Source: Octopus sinensis
Taxonomy: Eukaryota
Direction of reading: 5' to 3'
DNA: 64,000 nucleotides
NCBI RefSeq assembly: GCF_006345805.1
Contig: NC_043005.1
Location: 66,774,001 to 66,838,000 of the forward strand
Part shown: positions 12,400 to 27,769 of the stretch, in pieces
Position numbering within the stretch: the stretch's first letter is position 1
Layout of the letters: every line of letters begins with the position of its first letter
Translations under genes and position numbers: made by a program
Notes under the pieces: generated by a model
Told to the model about the DNA's origin: nothing
Databases searched by the model: none
Seen by the model: only the letters and a program-made list of their open reading frames with translations

Positions 12400-14336
12400 T
12401 ATTATTATTATTATTATTATTATTATCAGTATCCTCGTCTTATGAATAAACACACGGTAGAATCGTTGAAATGTGTAATAGTAACTGTTGGTATCAAAAT
12501 ACGTCAATATAGGTTATGAGTTGCTTTTGGAGTTACACACAATACAGTCAAGTGGTCTTTCGATTTAATCGCCTACCTCGAAAAATATCTGCCTTGATAC
12601 CTATATTAGAAATTATAGTGGCATCCGAAAAATATAACATAACAAACAACATATTTGTCTACATCAAGACCAATAGCAAATATGCTTACTTAGTGAAAGG
12701 AAAATATAAAGAACGTTAAGTAAGAATCATTAATTCAAAAGTGATTTTGAAAAGGAAACCCAATACGGTGATAGAATTAACCTTGGCTGGGTTTCATTCA
12801 CAAACCGAATTGCAGTCAACTATAATCTATCAAAATAAATGTTGGTCGATAGTTGTCCCTTGACAACACAATTGCGGCATTCCTTGTTCATTAACATATT
12901 TCGAAAAGCCAAAACAGTCATGTTAAGTGAGATCTCGTTTATTAAGAAGAGAATTGTGTATGGCACAATGTGCAACGGTATCAAATATAAAACAGCAGAT
13001 GTTCAATTATCATATGACACACTTGCTCATATGTTTGTCACAAAATATTTCAGAAGGAGAAACACAAACTGGAATATGAAGAACAGCGGTAACACTGTCA
13101 CTTTTTTAACAGAATCCCTGTTTCCGCACAATCTGAGCTGGTATTTTGTGGCTGCGTATTATTTAGCAAATTTACGCAGAGTTGAATCACCAGGAGTCTA
13201 CAAGAAATTCCTGATCCCGCGAACCACAAAACAATACAGAAAGTGTACCCATGGAGAATGCTGGAGGAAGGTTTGCAACACAGCATACAGGGTGCAAGGC
13301 TCAATTGCTTAACATACAGTATAAAAAAATGTCTAAGGTTTTTCTGAAGAAAAATTATAACGTTGTACCGCAGCATAACGTAACACCAGGCATAAGGCGA
13401 CATCAAAGTGGTACCGAGTGATCAACAAACATTGCCGCAATATCATTGTAAGGAAATAAACAAAAAAGCCTAAGACATGTTTCTCTGGGATATGGGCTGT
13501 ACAAATATCATGAAATAAAACTCTGCCCATGTTCACAAGAGCACTAACCAATACACTAATGATGATTCGAACTAAATAGTGGTCAAAGATGTCTGGGCAA
13601 TCTTTCGAGGGAACGAAATCAGATCCGAGTAACGATTGTTAAAACACTCCATAACAAGGAGCCGCTCACCACTGAGGAGGCCGTTTATGAAAATAATGCC
13701 ATCTCTGTTGAAGATGGGCATCTCTTTAGGAAAGGGTAATATATCATGTGTAAAGAGCTATCCTGAAGGAATATGAATTCATCTCCTACGCGAATGAATT
13801 AAACTTCACAGCCATTGGAAAGTTCGACAAATATCTAATAAAAGTCATATATACATATATGCATTTGAGACATACAAACGAAATGCTGATATGGGAAGTT
13901 GGGGTGAAAAGTACAAAAAATCCCAAAATAATGCAATATAGCCAAAAGTTTATTTGACATTTTACAGCTTCACATGTCACCTACACTCGAACGTGTGCTC
14001 TTCCGTATCCACTCTGACCAAGGATACCTTCAAGGAGTATTCTGGATCCAGTAGTGTTAAACAAAGCATGATGAACATGGAAGGGATGGGATGTGTAACG
14101 AGAATGTTATAGCGGAGTTATGGTGATTTGATCAACACATGTATTTTGCATTCATATAATTTCAGATTTATTTCTCTCATTGGATGATTTATCTTTACTT
14201 GCAACACTATGTATTGTATACACAATTTCATCCGCTCCCTCACATTTCTATAAACTGTCTGTTATATTTGATATATATTTGTTTGATGACCACTATACTT
14301 TAAATGTTTGGCCTCTACCAAATTTGAGACAAGAAA

Positions 14337-14690
14337 GTGGGGTGGTGAGCTACCAGTATCATTTGCACTTCGGATAGAATGTTTAGTGCATTTCCTCCGG
14401 CTCTTTACATTCTGAGTTCAAATACCGCTGTGATGAATTTTGCATTTTTTTCCAATACGGAATCGATAGAGTAAGTACAAGCTGACAGCAGCATCATCTG
14501 CTGTTGATGCAGAAGATGCTGTGAAGTGGAATCATTAGAACATCGGGAAAATTGGTTTCCAGTAGTTGAGATGCTTCTATATTTTGTGTTCAAATGCCAC
14601 CTAAGTGAAGTATGACTTTCAGTCATTACGTTCGATAGATTAAAGTATCACTAAAGTAATGGAATCGATGGTATCGAGTACTTTTCTTTC
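14337..14690 (+). mobile_element. One or two degraded SINE family A copies
   Basis: ttctgagttcaaatacc at ~14410 and tgttcaaatgccacc at ~14590. Confidence 0.55.
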
Positions 14691-14726
14691 TTCGAATTTG
14701 CTGGCCTTGTGCTTTATTCAGAAGAC

Positions 14727-14790
14727 ATAGTCTTTCTTCTTCTTCTTCTTCTTCTTCTTCTTCTTTTTCCTCTTCTTCTTCTTCTCTTCT

Positions 14791-14829
<39 letters not shown>

Positions 14830-14920
14830 TATATTATTATTATTATTATTATTATTGTTATTATTGTTATTATTATTATTATTACTATTATTATTATTAT
14901 TATATTATTATTATTATTAC

Positions 14921-14961
<41 letters not shown>

Positions 14962-14988
14962 TATTTATTATTATTATTATTATTATTA

Positions 14989-15025
<37 letters not shown>

Positions 15026-15108
15026 GTTATTATTATTATTACTATTATTATTATTATTATATTATTATTATTATTATTATTATTATATTATTATTATTAT
15101 TATTATTC
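14727..15108. repeat. Compound (CTT)n/(ATT)n microsatellite
   Basis: Read directly. Confidence 0.95.
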
Positions 15109-15545
15109 AGGCGCCGATCTGACAGAATCGTTAACCCGCCGGGCAAAATGCTTAGCGGCATTTACTCGATCTTAACTTTCTGAATTCAAATTCCACCGCG
15201 GTCGACTTTGCCTTTCATCCTTTCAGAGTCGAGAAATTAGGTACCAGTGAAACACTGGCGTTGATTTAATCGACTAGTCCCCTCCCCCAAATTTCAGACC
15301 TTGTGTCTATAGTAGAAAGAATTATTATAATTATAATTTTTTTTTGTTTGAGGCGCCGAGCTAGCAGTATCGTTAGCACGCTGATAAAAATGCTTAGCGG
15401 TTGTCCGTCCATATTAATATTCTGAGTTCAAATTCCACTGAGGTCGACTTTGACTTTCATCCTCTCGGTACATAATCACTGGTGTCGATTTAATCGACTA
15501 TCTCTCTTTCCCAAAATTTCAGATATTGTGTCTATAATAGAAATT
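15109..15545 (+). mobile_element. Two tandem SINE family A copies (15109-15320, 15350-15545)
   Basis: Both have the A/B-box head, the gaggtcgactttg(c/a)ctttcatcc body and the ttgtgtctata tail. Confidence 0.9.
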
Positions 15546-15599
15546 ATTATTATAAGGCAATGGGATCGGTGGATGTTCCGCTTTAGAAATTAATAGCAT

Positions 15600-16300
15600 A
15601 TTATTGGCGTGGAAGTGCAACGACGTTCTCAGGGAGACTCCGGGCACCGACGAGAACGAACCAGCTAGCCTGTTCCGGAGAACTTTCCGGTCGGGAACGA
15701 TCATGGATAATTTCCAGATGTCCTTGGCCTTGCAATACTACCGGGGGTGCGGGTGGGGTCGCTGCCGGTTCGAGATAGACTCGAACCGTCAGTACGGATT
15801 TGCTGCCAGACGGACTTGTTCGATGTACGCACTGAGTGACGAAACCGTTCTGCGCACCCTCGTTCAGTTGTCGAGTATTTCTGATTTGTGTGGATTGTGT
15901 TGAACAGCTGCTGTCACGTGTGGGACAGGTCTATCTGTCAGCCGAGTCCGTAGTGATGATCGTACTGCCACCCTTCTTTAATCGGGTAGACAAGACAGTT
16001 CTTCTTTACCTGGTGTCTGTGGTGAAAGAGGTTGTTTGGTAGACAGGGCTGAAACGCATAAGGACAGATACGTTCCTCTTAGGTGGAGCTCTGATTGACG
16101 AGGAAAGTGAGAGTAGAGATGGAAGTATTATTCTCGAGTGAGTTTATTGAAAGTTGGGTGAAAGTTACGAAAATGGCAAGAGTGGATGATACTTCTCTAA
16201 ATTAAGACCTGTTAGTCGAAGAGGAATTGGAGAGGGCAATTGCTCCTGGGTTTTTAGGGAAATCTCGAAGTGTAGGTTTCCTCGATAATGTCTATTACTA
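15600..16300 (-). mobile_element. Penelope-like element relic (RT N-terminal region, possibly fused to GIY-YIG remnant)
   Basis: PNNLF...VKKNCLVYPI / KKGGSTIITTD resembles the PLE motif NL...L..N.DIVI.PADKGG..VIMD. The downstream GC-rich part (AYIEQ...RF...RKVLRNRL...VPG) weakly resembles GIY-YIG. Frameshifts and stops are present. Confidence 0.45.
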
Positions 16301-16329
16301 TTATTATGATTATTATTAAGCAGTCTTAA

Positions 16330-16570
16330 TTTTATCACATGCATTCACTGCAATACGAAGCCCAGCTTTGTGTGCCTTGGTTATATGCTGTGGTGCTCTT
16401 ATTTTTACTGTATTGAAAGTGCTTTACGTAGGATGCGTGCGATGCCCAGTAGTGCTATTTTCTGTATGTTATATATATTTGTTAGTCCTGGTATTTTTGT
16501 TATGTATTTGTCTGAATATCATACCTAATGCGCCCACTATAATAGGAATTGTTTGCTTTTAGACTCTATA
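16330..16570 (-). mobile_element. 3' end of R4/Dong-like LINE
   Basis: Minus strand encodes IPIIVGALG...KYITKIPGLTNIYNIQKIALLG..RILRKALSIQ*, the typical C-terminus after the REL domain. Confidence 0.75.
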
Positions 16571-16668
16571 TTCGTTAATATTATATGATATATATATATA
16601 TATATACACATACACACATACATATGTGCGTACGTATACATGTATGACTAGAGGTATGTGTTTGTATA

Positions 16669-17164
16669 TTAGTTAGTTAGTTAGTTAGTTAATTTGGCTC
16701 AAAAGCAAATAGCAAGGCCATGTAGGGGGACATGGAGTTAAGTACAGGGTGGTGTTCATGTAAAGAGTTCAGGCCACTTGAGGTCAAGGGAGGCTTTGAA
16801 CAAAGCGGTCGTCGGCATATTCACCATCTCGTCTGGCAACTTGTTCCAGGGATCCGCAACCCGGATGGAGAAAGCTCCTCTCCTTCGATTGAGATTAAAT
16901 CGTCGCAGATAGAGCTTTTCGTAATGACCCCGCAGCCGACGCTCTGGAGCAGGAGTGAAGAACAGCTCTTTCGAGAGGTTACACTTTCCGCTTATGATGT
17001 TGTGAGCGAGAATGAGATCAGCACGGCGGCGGCGTTTTTCTAAAGAATAAAGGTCGAGCGTCCTCAGCCTTTCTTCATAGGACAAACTTTTGAGACCATG
17101 AACCATGCAGGTAGCCAGCTTCTGGACTTTTTCGAGATGCTGTATGTCTTTGAGGAGATAAGGA
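16669..17164 (-). mobile_element. 5'-truncated CR1-clade LINE 3' end, little decayed
   Basis: Open frame YPYLLKDIQHLEKVQKLAT...LSYEERLRTLDLYSLEKRRRRADLI...LRGH...FSIRVADPWNKLP...FKASLD, a short 3'UTR and an (AACT)n tail. Truncated at a (TA)n tract. Confidence 0.9.
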
Positions 17165-17169
17165 TATAT

Positions 17170-17301
<132 letters not shown>

Positions 17302-17505
17302 GTTGGATGCATGTATAAGCAGATAATCGATTTCTGTTTGGCAAACGATGAAAAAGATCAATGTTAATTGTGTATATATACAGGCACTTACGCCCGAATA
17401 AACACGTACATACTGATGAAACACACACAGACGACACATATAGACGCATATATACAAGTATCTATGAATTTAACTACATACATTCGCACATATGTATGCA
17501 CACAC

Positions 17506-17563
<58 letters not shown>

Positions 17564-17730
17564 ACATTAATATATATGCATATGTATATATGTATATGTC
17601 TATATACACACATGTATATTTATATGTATATACATATGTATATATATATATCTATCTCTATATATATATATTTAACATGTTTTCTCATTTTCTTCAACCT
17701 ATTCTTAATGTTTATAATAATAATAATAAC

Positions 17731-17802
<72 letters not shown>

Positions 17803-17804
<2 letters not shown>

Positions 17805-17950
17805 TGGTTTCAAATTTTGGCACAAGTGTCGTATTTTGACACCTCAGTGCTGATCTAATGTCTCGATTCCGAGGGGATAAAAGCAAAGTTGGTCTCGGTG
17901 GAACTTGAACTCAACACATAAAGAGGGACGAAATGCTATAAGAATTTTGA
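17803..17950 (-). mobile_element. SINE family A, degraded
   Basis: ggtttcaaattttggcacaag...ggtctcggtggaacttgaactc. Confidence 0.7.
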
Positions 17951-18544
17951 CCAAAGCCTGGATCCGTTCTCAGCCAGAAAGGTAGTACCTTACAGGATCC
18001 TATCTATGCGTTAAATGCAGAGTAAGCTCTCACTATTTTTCACAAAGCTGTGAAGTAGGCAGCTCTTCTAGGCGGAAGATGCATTTTGCAATGATTCTCA
18101 CAGGAACGTTCTATGATAATCCAAAGAATATTAAAAGTGTGCTCCTGATTTTTGTCACTGAAATCCAGTGAAGTACAAAGGTGCCATTATTGTGAGACGG
18201 CTTTTAGATGACTAGATAATAGGTTAATATCATTTTCATAATCATCGTCATGGTATTGTATGTATATATACGTATGTGTATATATATCTGTGTATACACA
18301 CAAATATGTAGAAAATTTCTCGAAGAAGCCAGAAGTCAAAGTGATTGATTTGCATTCTAAGAATAACTCTGAAGACCTCCAATTCCATTTGTTGCCGATC
18401 ATCATGCTGTAAATATATTATGTTAACTGTGAGTAATATGAAAAGTTTATTATAGAATGTGAGATATAATTGCAAAATAGTACTATATGGGATTCTTAAT
18501 TTAACTAGATCGATTACTCTCAGCTCATCACTTACAGATATATA

Positions 18545-18596
<52 letters not shown>

Positions 18597-18718
18597 GAGG
18601 GCATTATACATACATGCTATATATATATATATATAGACACATACACGTGTAAACTTACAGATACATATATAAGCGCAATAAGTATCCACATACGTTTAAA
18701 CATCCACACACATACATA

Positions 18719-18769
<51 letters not shown>

Positions 18770-19627
18770 TATATAATATATATATATATATACACATACA
18801 TATTTATATATAATGAATGGTTATATGTACATACACACACAAACATATAACACTCGCATGACACATACGCATATCTATATGCTTGTGGCTTGAAATATTC
18901 ATATGCATATTAGCAGGTAATTGTATTTGAAATGTTTCTATTCGTTACCTTAAAAAGAAAAATATAAGCAATTGTTTCTAATTCGGTTTTGAATTGAAGA
19001 TCTAATGGAAACAATTGGTCCTTGTACTTGATGTTATTTTTGCATTTTAAGAAATCTAGATTGATAAAAACTAAAATGACCTCTGGTATTTCAACGAAGA
19101 ACGTAAAGAACATACATTCCAGAACTCTAACAATACAGCCAAACCACAGATATCGCAGTTCTTTCTAATTTCGGAGGAGTGTCGGTATTTCTGATGGGAG
19201 AAGTCAGTCGCTCATATAAAACACACTTCTGTACTGGCTTTATAATTTGTTAGCCATGGCGGCATGATAGATAAAATTAATCCCAGCAATGTGAAAATCT
19301 AATTTCAAATTGCAACAACAAATAACGGACTTTCATTTTAACCGACGCTCTAACACTTCCGCTAATCTTCTGTCGTTACATGTGTAAGGTAGGCAAAAGA
19401 AAGCTGCGGAAAGGTTTAAGTCTTCTTAGTTACACAAGGGCTTGACCGATACTAAGGCAAAAATATTTTAAGGAGCAGAGTAATATGATACCAGTGAACT
19501 TAGTATTCGATCGTATTTCTATCGTACCGAAATCGAATATGAACGAAAGGCAACGATGACTTCAGCGGTATTTTAATTCAGAACGCAAAGAACTGCAACA
19601 AAAATGTCCGATGCAGTAATAAAACCG

Positions 19628-19688
<61 letters not shown>

Positions 19689-19699
19689 AATAATAATAA

Positions 19700-20020
19700 T
19701 AGTTTCAATTTTTGTCACAAATGCACCAATTGTGGGGAAGGGATTAAATCGATCACATCGACCCCAGTATACAACTGGTACTTATCTTATCGACCCCGAA
19801 AGGATAAAATGCAAAGTTGACCTCGGCGGAATTTGAACTCAAGACGTAGCGGCATATGAAATAACGCTAAGAATTTCGCCCGGAGTGCTAACGATTCTGC
19901 CAATAATAACAATAATGGTTTCAAATTTGCCACAAGGGCTGCAAGTTTGGAGGAGGGGATGAGTCGATTACATCGACACCAGTGTTTAAATGATACGTAT
20001 TTTACCGACCCCAGAAGGGC
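19700..20020 (-). mobile_element. Two SINE family A copies (19700-19903 near full length, 19915-20020 partial)
   Basis: tatcgaccccgaaaggat...gacctcggcggaatttgaactc...gtgctaacgattctgcca. Confidence 0.88.
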
Positions 20021-20450
20021 ACTACCAAACAGTTGTACTCATGGTTTCTGAACTTAATTGATTGGAAGTGCTATAATGTACATCGTTTTGTCTTGGTATA
20101 AAAGGTTGGCTACATCAAATGATCTGCTAAATACCACAGATTTGCTTGTCAGTTGGTTGACCTTAACCATGCCCATTAATGGCTGACGATATATGCGTCT
20201 CTGATTACGAGCAGAAGTAATGGGGGGGGAGCATCATAGCCATGCATTGAGAATAATTATTTGGGGTTTGAATAATTCATCCCTGGAAAAATGAATATTT
20301 CGTTCAGCATTCTTAAACGACCCTTATTCAGAGATCTTTTCAGCGGGCAGGACTACTTGACTTGAAGAAAATTCTAACCGGCCCCACCTGCAAGCTCATG
20401 CATTGTTTTTCTGGATATCAGATCGCAATATTGCGCAAATATAGGTACGA
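20020..20450. repeat. Unclassified interspersed repeat
   Basis: ctctgattacgagcagaagtaatgggggggagcatcatagcc...gaagaaaattctaaccggccccacctgcaag. I recognise it as a common octopus repeat from memory only; class unknown. Confidence 0.45.
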
Positions 20451-20476
20451 AGCATTCGATTTTATGAGTGTATATA

Positions 20477-20529
<53 letters not shown>

Positions 20530-20614
20530 TTGAACTCAGAACCTGATATCCATTGTTCAGATCGTAATTGTCCATCGTTCAATCAGTATCAACAATCTGC
20601 CAGATCGCTGCCTT

Positions 20615-20616
20615 AA

Positions 20617-20715
<99 letters not shown>

Positions 20716-20838
20716 TAGTGAAGAAGAAGTAGAAGAAGAAGAAGAAGAAGAAGAAGAAGAAGAAGAAGAAGAAGAAGAAGAAGAAGAAGAAGAAGAAGAA
20801 GAAGAAGAAGAAGAAGAAGAAGAAGAAGAAGAAGAAGA
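20615..20838. repeat. Compound (TAA)n/(GAA)n microsatellite
   Basis: Read directly. Confidence 0.95.
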
Positions 20839-22103
20839 GACGTATTGCAAAATATTTGTACTTTGAGATCCAAAACTATCTAAAATATGTGTAATGGTAC
20901 GTATGCAACGTGGGCGTATACAAGCTTGCGAAAACCCATGACAATTCTGCAAATACATGTGAGGTAATGCTTTACCAAATGAGTAGTGGAATGTACGGCT
21001 GATTTTCCCAGTGAGGAAATGAAAACATTAGAAATGTAACTTGCCCTTACATTCAATACTATTTGGGGTGACGGTTTATGTCGCACCTTTTTGTCGCCAG
21101 CCGATTCTGATGTAAATTCTCCTAAATTTTGAATACATGAGCGGTGAACTTGTGCTCAGTGATATTATGACATGGTAACATTAGGCACATAAACTTTTTC
21201 TTAGAAGCTAAATTTTATTGAGACCCAAAACATTCAGTTTGTAAAGAAGTGGTTACGAATAAGTAATTGTTAAAGTAACAATAATAATGCGTACAGAAAA
21301 TAAATAAACGTAATAAAACATAGCTAAAGACCGCTATTCAGAGTGTAGGTTACGAGAGTAATATTTCCAGCCATTACGAAGATTATTCGAGTGTAGTCAG
21401 GGCATATGTTATGATGTATACATACGAACGTGTACTTCTTGAAGAAAATATCTATTTCTGTGGTTAAATATTCACCAACACACCAGTCAATTGCCTATAC
21501 AGTATTTGAAAGAAAATAAACTAGCTTTTTTCTAAGTTAAACAGCATTTTTCAGGATATATTAACTCATACATAATGAAGGATGTATGAACGAACTTTGG
21601 ATTCAGAACGGTGAGTTTTCGAAGTAGTATTGGAGACTTTAGTGTGACATATCTACTGGTGATAATGTTTAGGCAAATATGAAATACTTGCACAGAAAAT
21701 ATAGCTCAATAATTTTTCTGTTTCTGTTACACTTCAATATTCAATATATAGCGCTTCAGAGGAATTCTTATGACAGTTCTGAATGCCACTTGATATGCTA
21801 TTAAAAGGGAACGAAATCCAAATAATACATCTTTCCTAGCGGAAAAGGAAACACTATGTCACAGGAGGACTTAATATAAGTGTCGAGTCTTTAGTTGAAA
21901 ACCTTTATATGCTTGTAGTTACAGCTAATATGATATGCATTTAATATTCAGTATAAACAAACGTGCCGGCTCGTGTAAATATATTCCAATTCATATTTCC
22001 ATAGTTACAGGCACGCATGTACTCACTTATGCACGCACACACATATATCTGAATATATATATATATATGTATACATATATAAATATATATATGTATATAT
22101 GTG

Positions 22104-22169
<66 letters not shown>

Positions 22170-22768
22170 ATATATATATTAATGTAAAATTAGCAGTATA
22201 GCTAAGGTGGATGTCTGTCGATGAAAAGCAAATTACATTTTATATTCATGAAACACTAACCGCGTACACACAAAAAAGACTCAATATATTTACTGTAATC
22301 AAATGCTAATGGATCTGTTGTGTGCGACATTTTTCCAGATATGTAACATTTTTTTTCTGGGACGCAACTAGTCATTTAATGGAGTGATTTCTTGAAATAA
22401 TTCAAGGCCCGTATCTTAAGATGAGATCCATAGTGAAATGTGTTTGTATGTGAAATAAATTCTGAATTATTACACATTAGATACACTAAAGTCATCTATC
22501 AGAAACTTATCCTGTTAATCACTATATTACGTAGGGCTCATTGACGCTAATATCTTCGTTTTAAACTAAGAAAGGCTAAAATAGCAATGCTTAATTTATT
22601 AATCTGCACCTGTGGTGGCTACATAGAAATGGAGTACGAAGGCTAATTTCGCAAGTAATCCGATAGAAGATAAAATTGTCTGTGAAATTTAGGAATTTTA
22701 CCGACTTTATTGCAAATATTTTTATACATGCATGCATAAATGCAAACATACTTAGCAAGATATATATA

Positions 22769-22850
<82 letters not shown>

Positions 22851-23018
22851 GACACACATACACACCAATATAACGTTTCAAACATTGCCACTGCAATGTC
22901 AGCGTTATCTTAGTACAGTATATACATACAGATATATGTGTGTGTATGTGAGTGTGTGTGTGTAATTGTGTGTGTATGTATATATGTACATGCATACATA
23001 TATATACATACAACATAT

Positions 23019-23083
<65 letters not shown>

Positions 23084-23123
23084 CATACATACATATATAT
23101 ATATATACAAACATACATAAATA

Positions 23124-23157
<34 letters not shown>

Positions 23158-24439
23158 CTTATTGATATTCCTTTCTGTGTGCGTGTGGTTTTAAATTTAT
23201 GTGCATGTGTGTGTGTGAACGTTTGTGCTTATTTAATAAAATGGATTGCAAGTAGTACGAAATTTACTCGAATACAGATACGGAAGAATATAAAATTTCA
23301 ATAAACATTTTGAATATTGAAGGTTGTAAAATGTAAGCATGTAAAATATAAGTCCATATACTACTACGGAAACACATATGATGAAATATGTGCGTGTTGA
23401 CAAATTAAAATGTGTAGAACTGTTCGTAGTCTTTTGTTTTTTTACGTCACAGAAAACAAGATGGAATTCTTGTAATTTGTACGTTGTATGTTTGTACGAC
23501 TTTAATAGCATTTCCAATAACAAATGCCTAGTCTTGTGTCTAGTTTTCAGACCATAGATATAATGTAATATATTTTGTCGGAAATGGTGTAATTGCTTTG
23601 ATCGTCATCGCAATCAATATGACAAGAGGGTTTTGGGGTTCGATTTTGGTTGGCATTATACTTTGATAAATGAATATTTTTCTGGAATCTTTCCATTATT
23701 GGTGTTTTGATAGCTCAAACTTGTTTCACTAGTTGTTGTAATTTTGTGGCGTGATATTCTTAAATTCAAATTTTTGTAAGAACGAAGTCTCTTGTTGGTG
23801 CAATGTGTCAGTTTTCTATGTTACAGAAATTCCAATGTTCGACTTTTTTAAATCGCCAATTAATCACTCCCGCACTTTACCTCTACATTTCTTGTACAAT
23901 GTCTTCCTGTATTAGATCTTCGTCTTCTGTTTTCAGAGTCTTCCTCTCATTTATGTCCAATGATATATTGTTTTCACTCAATTTATTCATTGAATGTATG
24001 TATATAAATTATGCTTCATTAGATTTTCTTCCATACTTCAATGAAGCTCTTTTCTTGTCTTTGTTGTATCTGCATACTTTTACTATCCTTTGGTCTTTCG
24101 TTACTTCCAAGAGGCGAAATTCCATCGAATGTTATGAGATTCAACTAACTTAATTATCAATACATATCATTTTCATACATGGCAGTTATTAGTAAATGTT
24201 GCCCTATCTGTTGTATGAATTTTACTTATTATCACATCATATAAATATATTTAATATATTGGGCACATGCGCACATAGTATCTAAATATATAACCATACA
24301 CACTTGTACACACATATGTGCGTGTATCTCTGTACATATGTATGCATAATTTGTTAGTACATAGTCATACACAAGTATAAATATAATGGTTACAGTTATG
24401 GCCAAGTGGTTATAGCGATTGGTTCGCAAATATTAGGTC

Positions 24440-24730
24440 TTGAATTCAACCACAGGGTGGCATCATGGGCAGGTGGTTTTACCTTAGCCACATTTCGATC
24501 AAGCATTGTGGATGAAATTCACCATGCACCATCTGCGCAAGCCTGTCGAATATACTGTGCCTGGAATTCAAATCATCTCACCCACTCTGCCGCGCAGACT
24601 TGGTCTGGGGATTAAGTTAACAGAACATGAGTTCGTAAAACATTCAGCCATTCACACTATGATTCAAGGAGGAGGGATTTCAGCTGATTCAATCACTTCA
24701 GTAATTATCGCCGAAATTTGGGAACATATA
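24440..24730 (+). pseudogene. Possible CRE-like non-LTR RT C-terminal relic
   Basis: HHLRKPVEY...TLPRRLGLGI resembles LR..LE.I....TLP.RLGGLGI. Confidence 0.3.
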
Positions 24731-25166
24731 AAAAGTTTCTGTTGTTATGCACCCAAAATATCTCTGCAAGGATTTCAGATTTAATACATATATTTTGTAT
24801 CGTATGCAATTTTTTGTCTTTTTCCTCTACAAATGAGTTGCATCCTATTTTCATAGTGTTATGGCGAATTATCAAATTATATTTAATCACATGTTTATCT
24901 TCATACATATGCCAGGCATATATCCGTGGCGGAATAACGTTTGCGCAACTATGTCACAACACACAAACATAAATAAAACTGACATAACGCTATATTCTAA
25001 CACACATAACTGTATGTAGGTAAATCGGATGAGAAATTAAAATATTGATATAATGGAAATGGGGATTCAAATAAAAGTGGATGGATGAAGCAATGTATAT
25101 CAATAAAATAGCAATAAAAAACGTATAACATTTTCGCACATACAAACGCACCCGAAAATAATGTAC

Positions 25167-25236
<70 letters not shown>

Positions 25237-25650
25237 TTGTGTGTGTGTGTGTGTATGTGTGTGTGTGTGTGTATGTATATATATAGATATACGTACATAT
25301 ATATCTGTTTGTATTATATATACATTCAGCCATGCATATATACATTTATATAACATACACACATATGTATAGGCATATGCATATACATACACATATATGT
25401 AGATATTTGATACTTCTGATTATCTGTATGTGTATCTATGATTTAACTATGGATATTTATGTTAACATAATATATAAAACCATACATCAGTTGAAGACTT
25501 TTTGCATAATCATAGGTATTTGTAGAGATATTTAAAATTAGCACATGGTATTCATTTACGCATCGCTCTCCGGAACTCTTTACTTCCTTATTATTTCCTA
25601 TCTAAATCCAAAACACTCATAATAATTCTGAATATATATATATATAATAT

Positions 25651-25742
<92 letters not shown>

Positions 25743-25989
25743 TATTTTTTTCTTTCTGTACAAGTGAAATTTTAAATTCAATGCGCTGTAATATTTCATC
25801 TTTTTTCTTTACACTGGCATACAACTTTAACAGTTGATATATGGTGAGTAAAAGTCAGTAGTTCATGATCATAAGACCCAGAAGTGACATAGTAATAAGG
25901 AATAATAGCAAATGAAAAAAGTTTGGTAACCTGATAAAAATGAAAATAAAGAAAATGCAATATATACGACTACACACAAAACACTTTAT

Positions 25990-27280
<1,291 letters not shown>

Positions 27281-27769
27281 ACACATACGTGATTGTTTTT
27301 GTATCTATATAATTTTATACATATCACATATATTTATGCGTATATAGTGAGCTACATTAGGTATGCAGTCGTCGATATATGGAGGAAGAATAGGGGTTGA
27401 GGACATTTATACATTTTCTGAAGATTTTGTGCATGAAATCGAACATTGCTTATCAATATTCCCCAGAGAATCAAAAAAAATTTCTCTAATATATCGAAAA
27501 ATTGTGATGTGAAAAACAACATTATTTTTATATGTGTAACAGTTTTACATTAGAATACTTTGTTGATATCACTCAGATTATTGGCAGTATTAAAATTAAC
27601 GTTTAATAATAATATTTATAGTAATTACGATAATCATTTAAGTGTAAATCATTATTATTTCCAAATTCAAATGAGCCTTATACGATTGTGTAAATACGCC
27701 ACAAAAAGTAAATACGATTATGGACAATTGAATGTGTAATAAAATATGGGAATTCGTTCAAAAGAGTTC

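Noticed and set aside
13050-13780. Weak Helitron Rep-like fragments on the minus strand (EKHV...YNDIAAMFVD)
   Set aside because: Similarity too low and frames broken; cannot be assigned without a profile search.
21358-21405. Minus-strand ctgacta...ggaaatat hammerhead-like remnant
   Set aside because: G8 is mutated and there is no convincing helix II.
24406-24615. IVDEIHH resembles SF2 helicase motif II
   Set aside because: Isolated 69-codon frame with no motif I. The overlapping frame fits a LINE RT relic better (TLPRRLGLGI).
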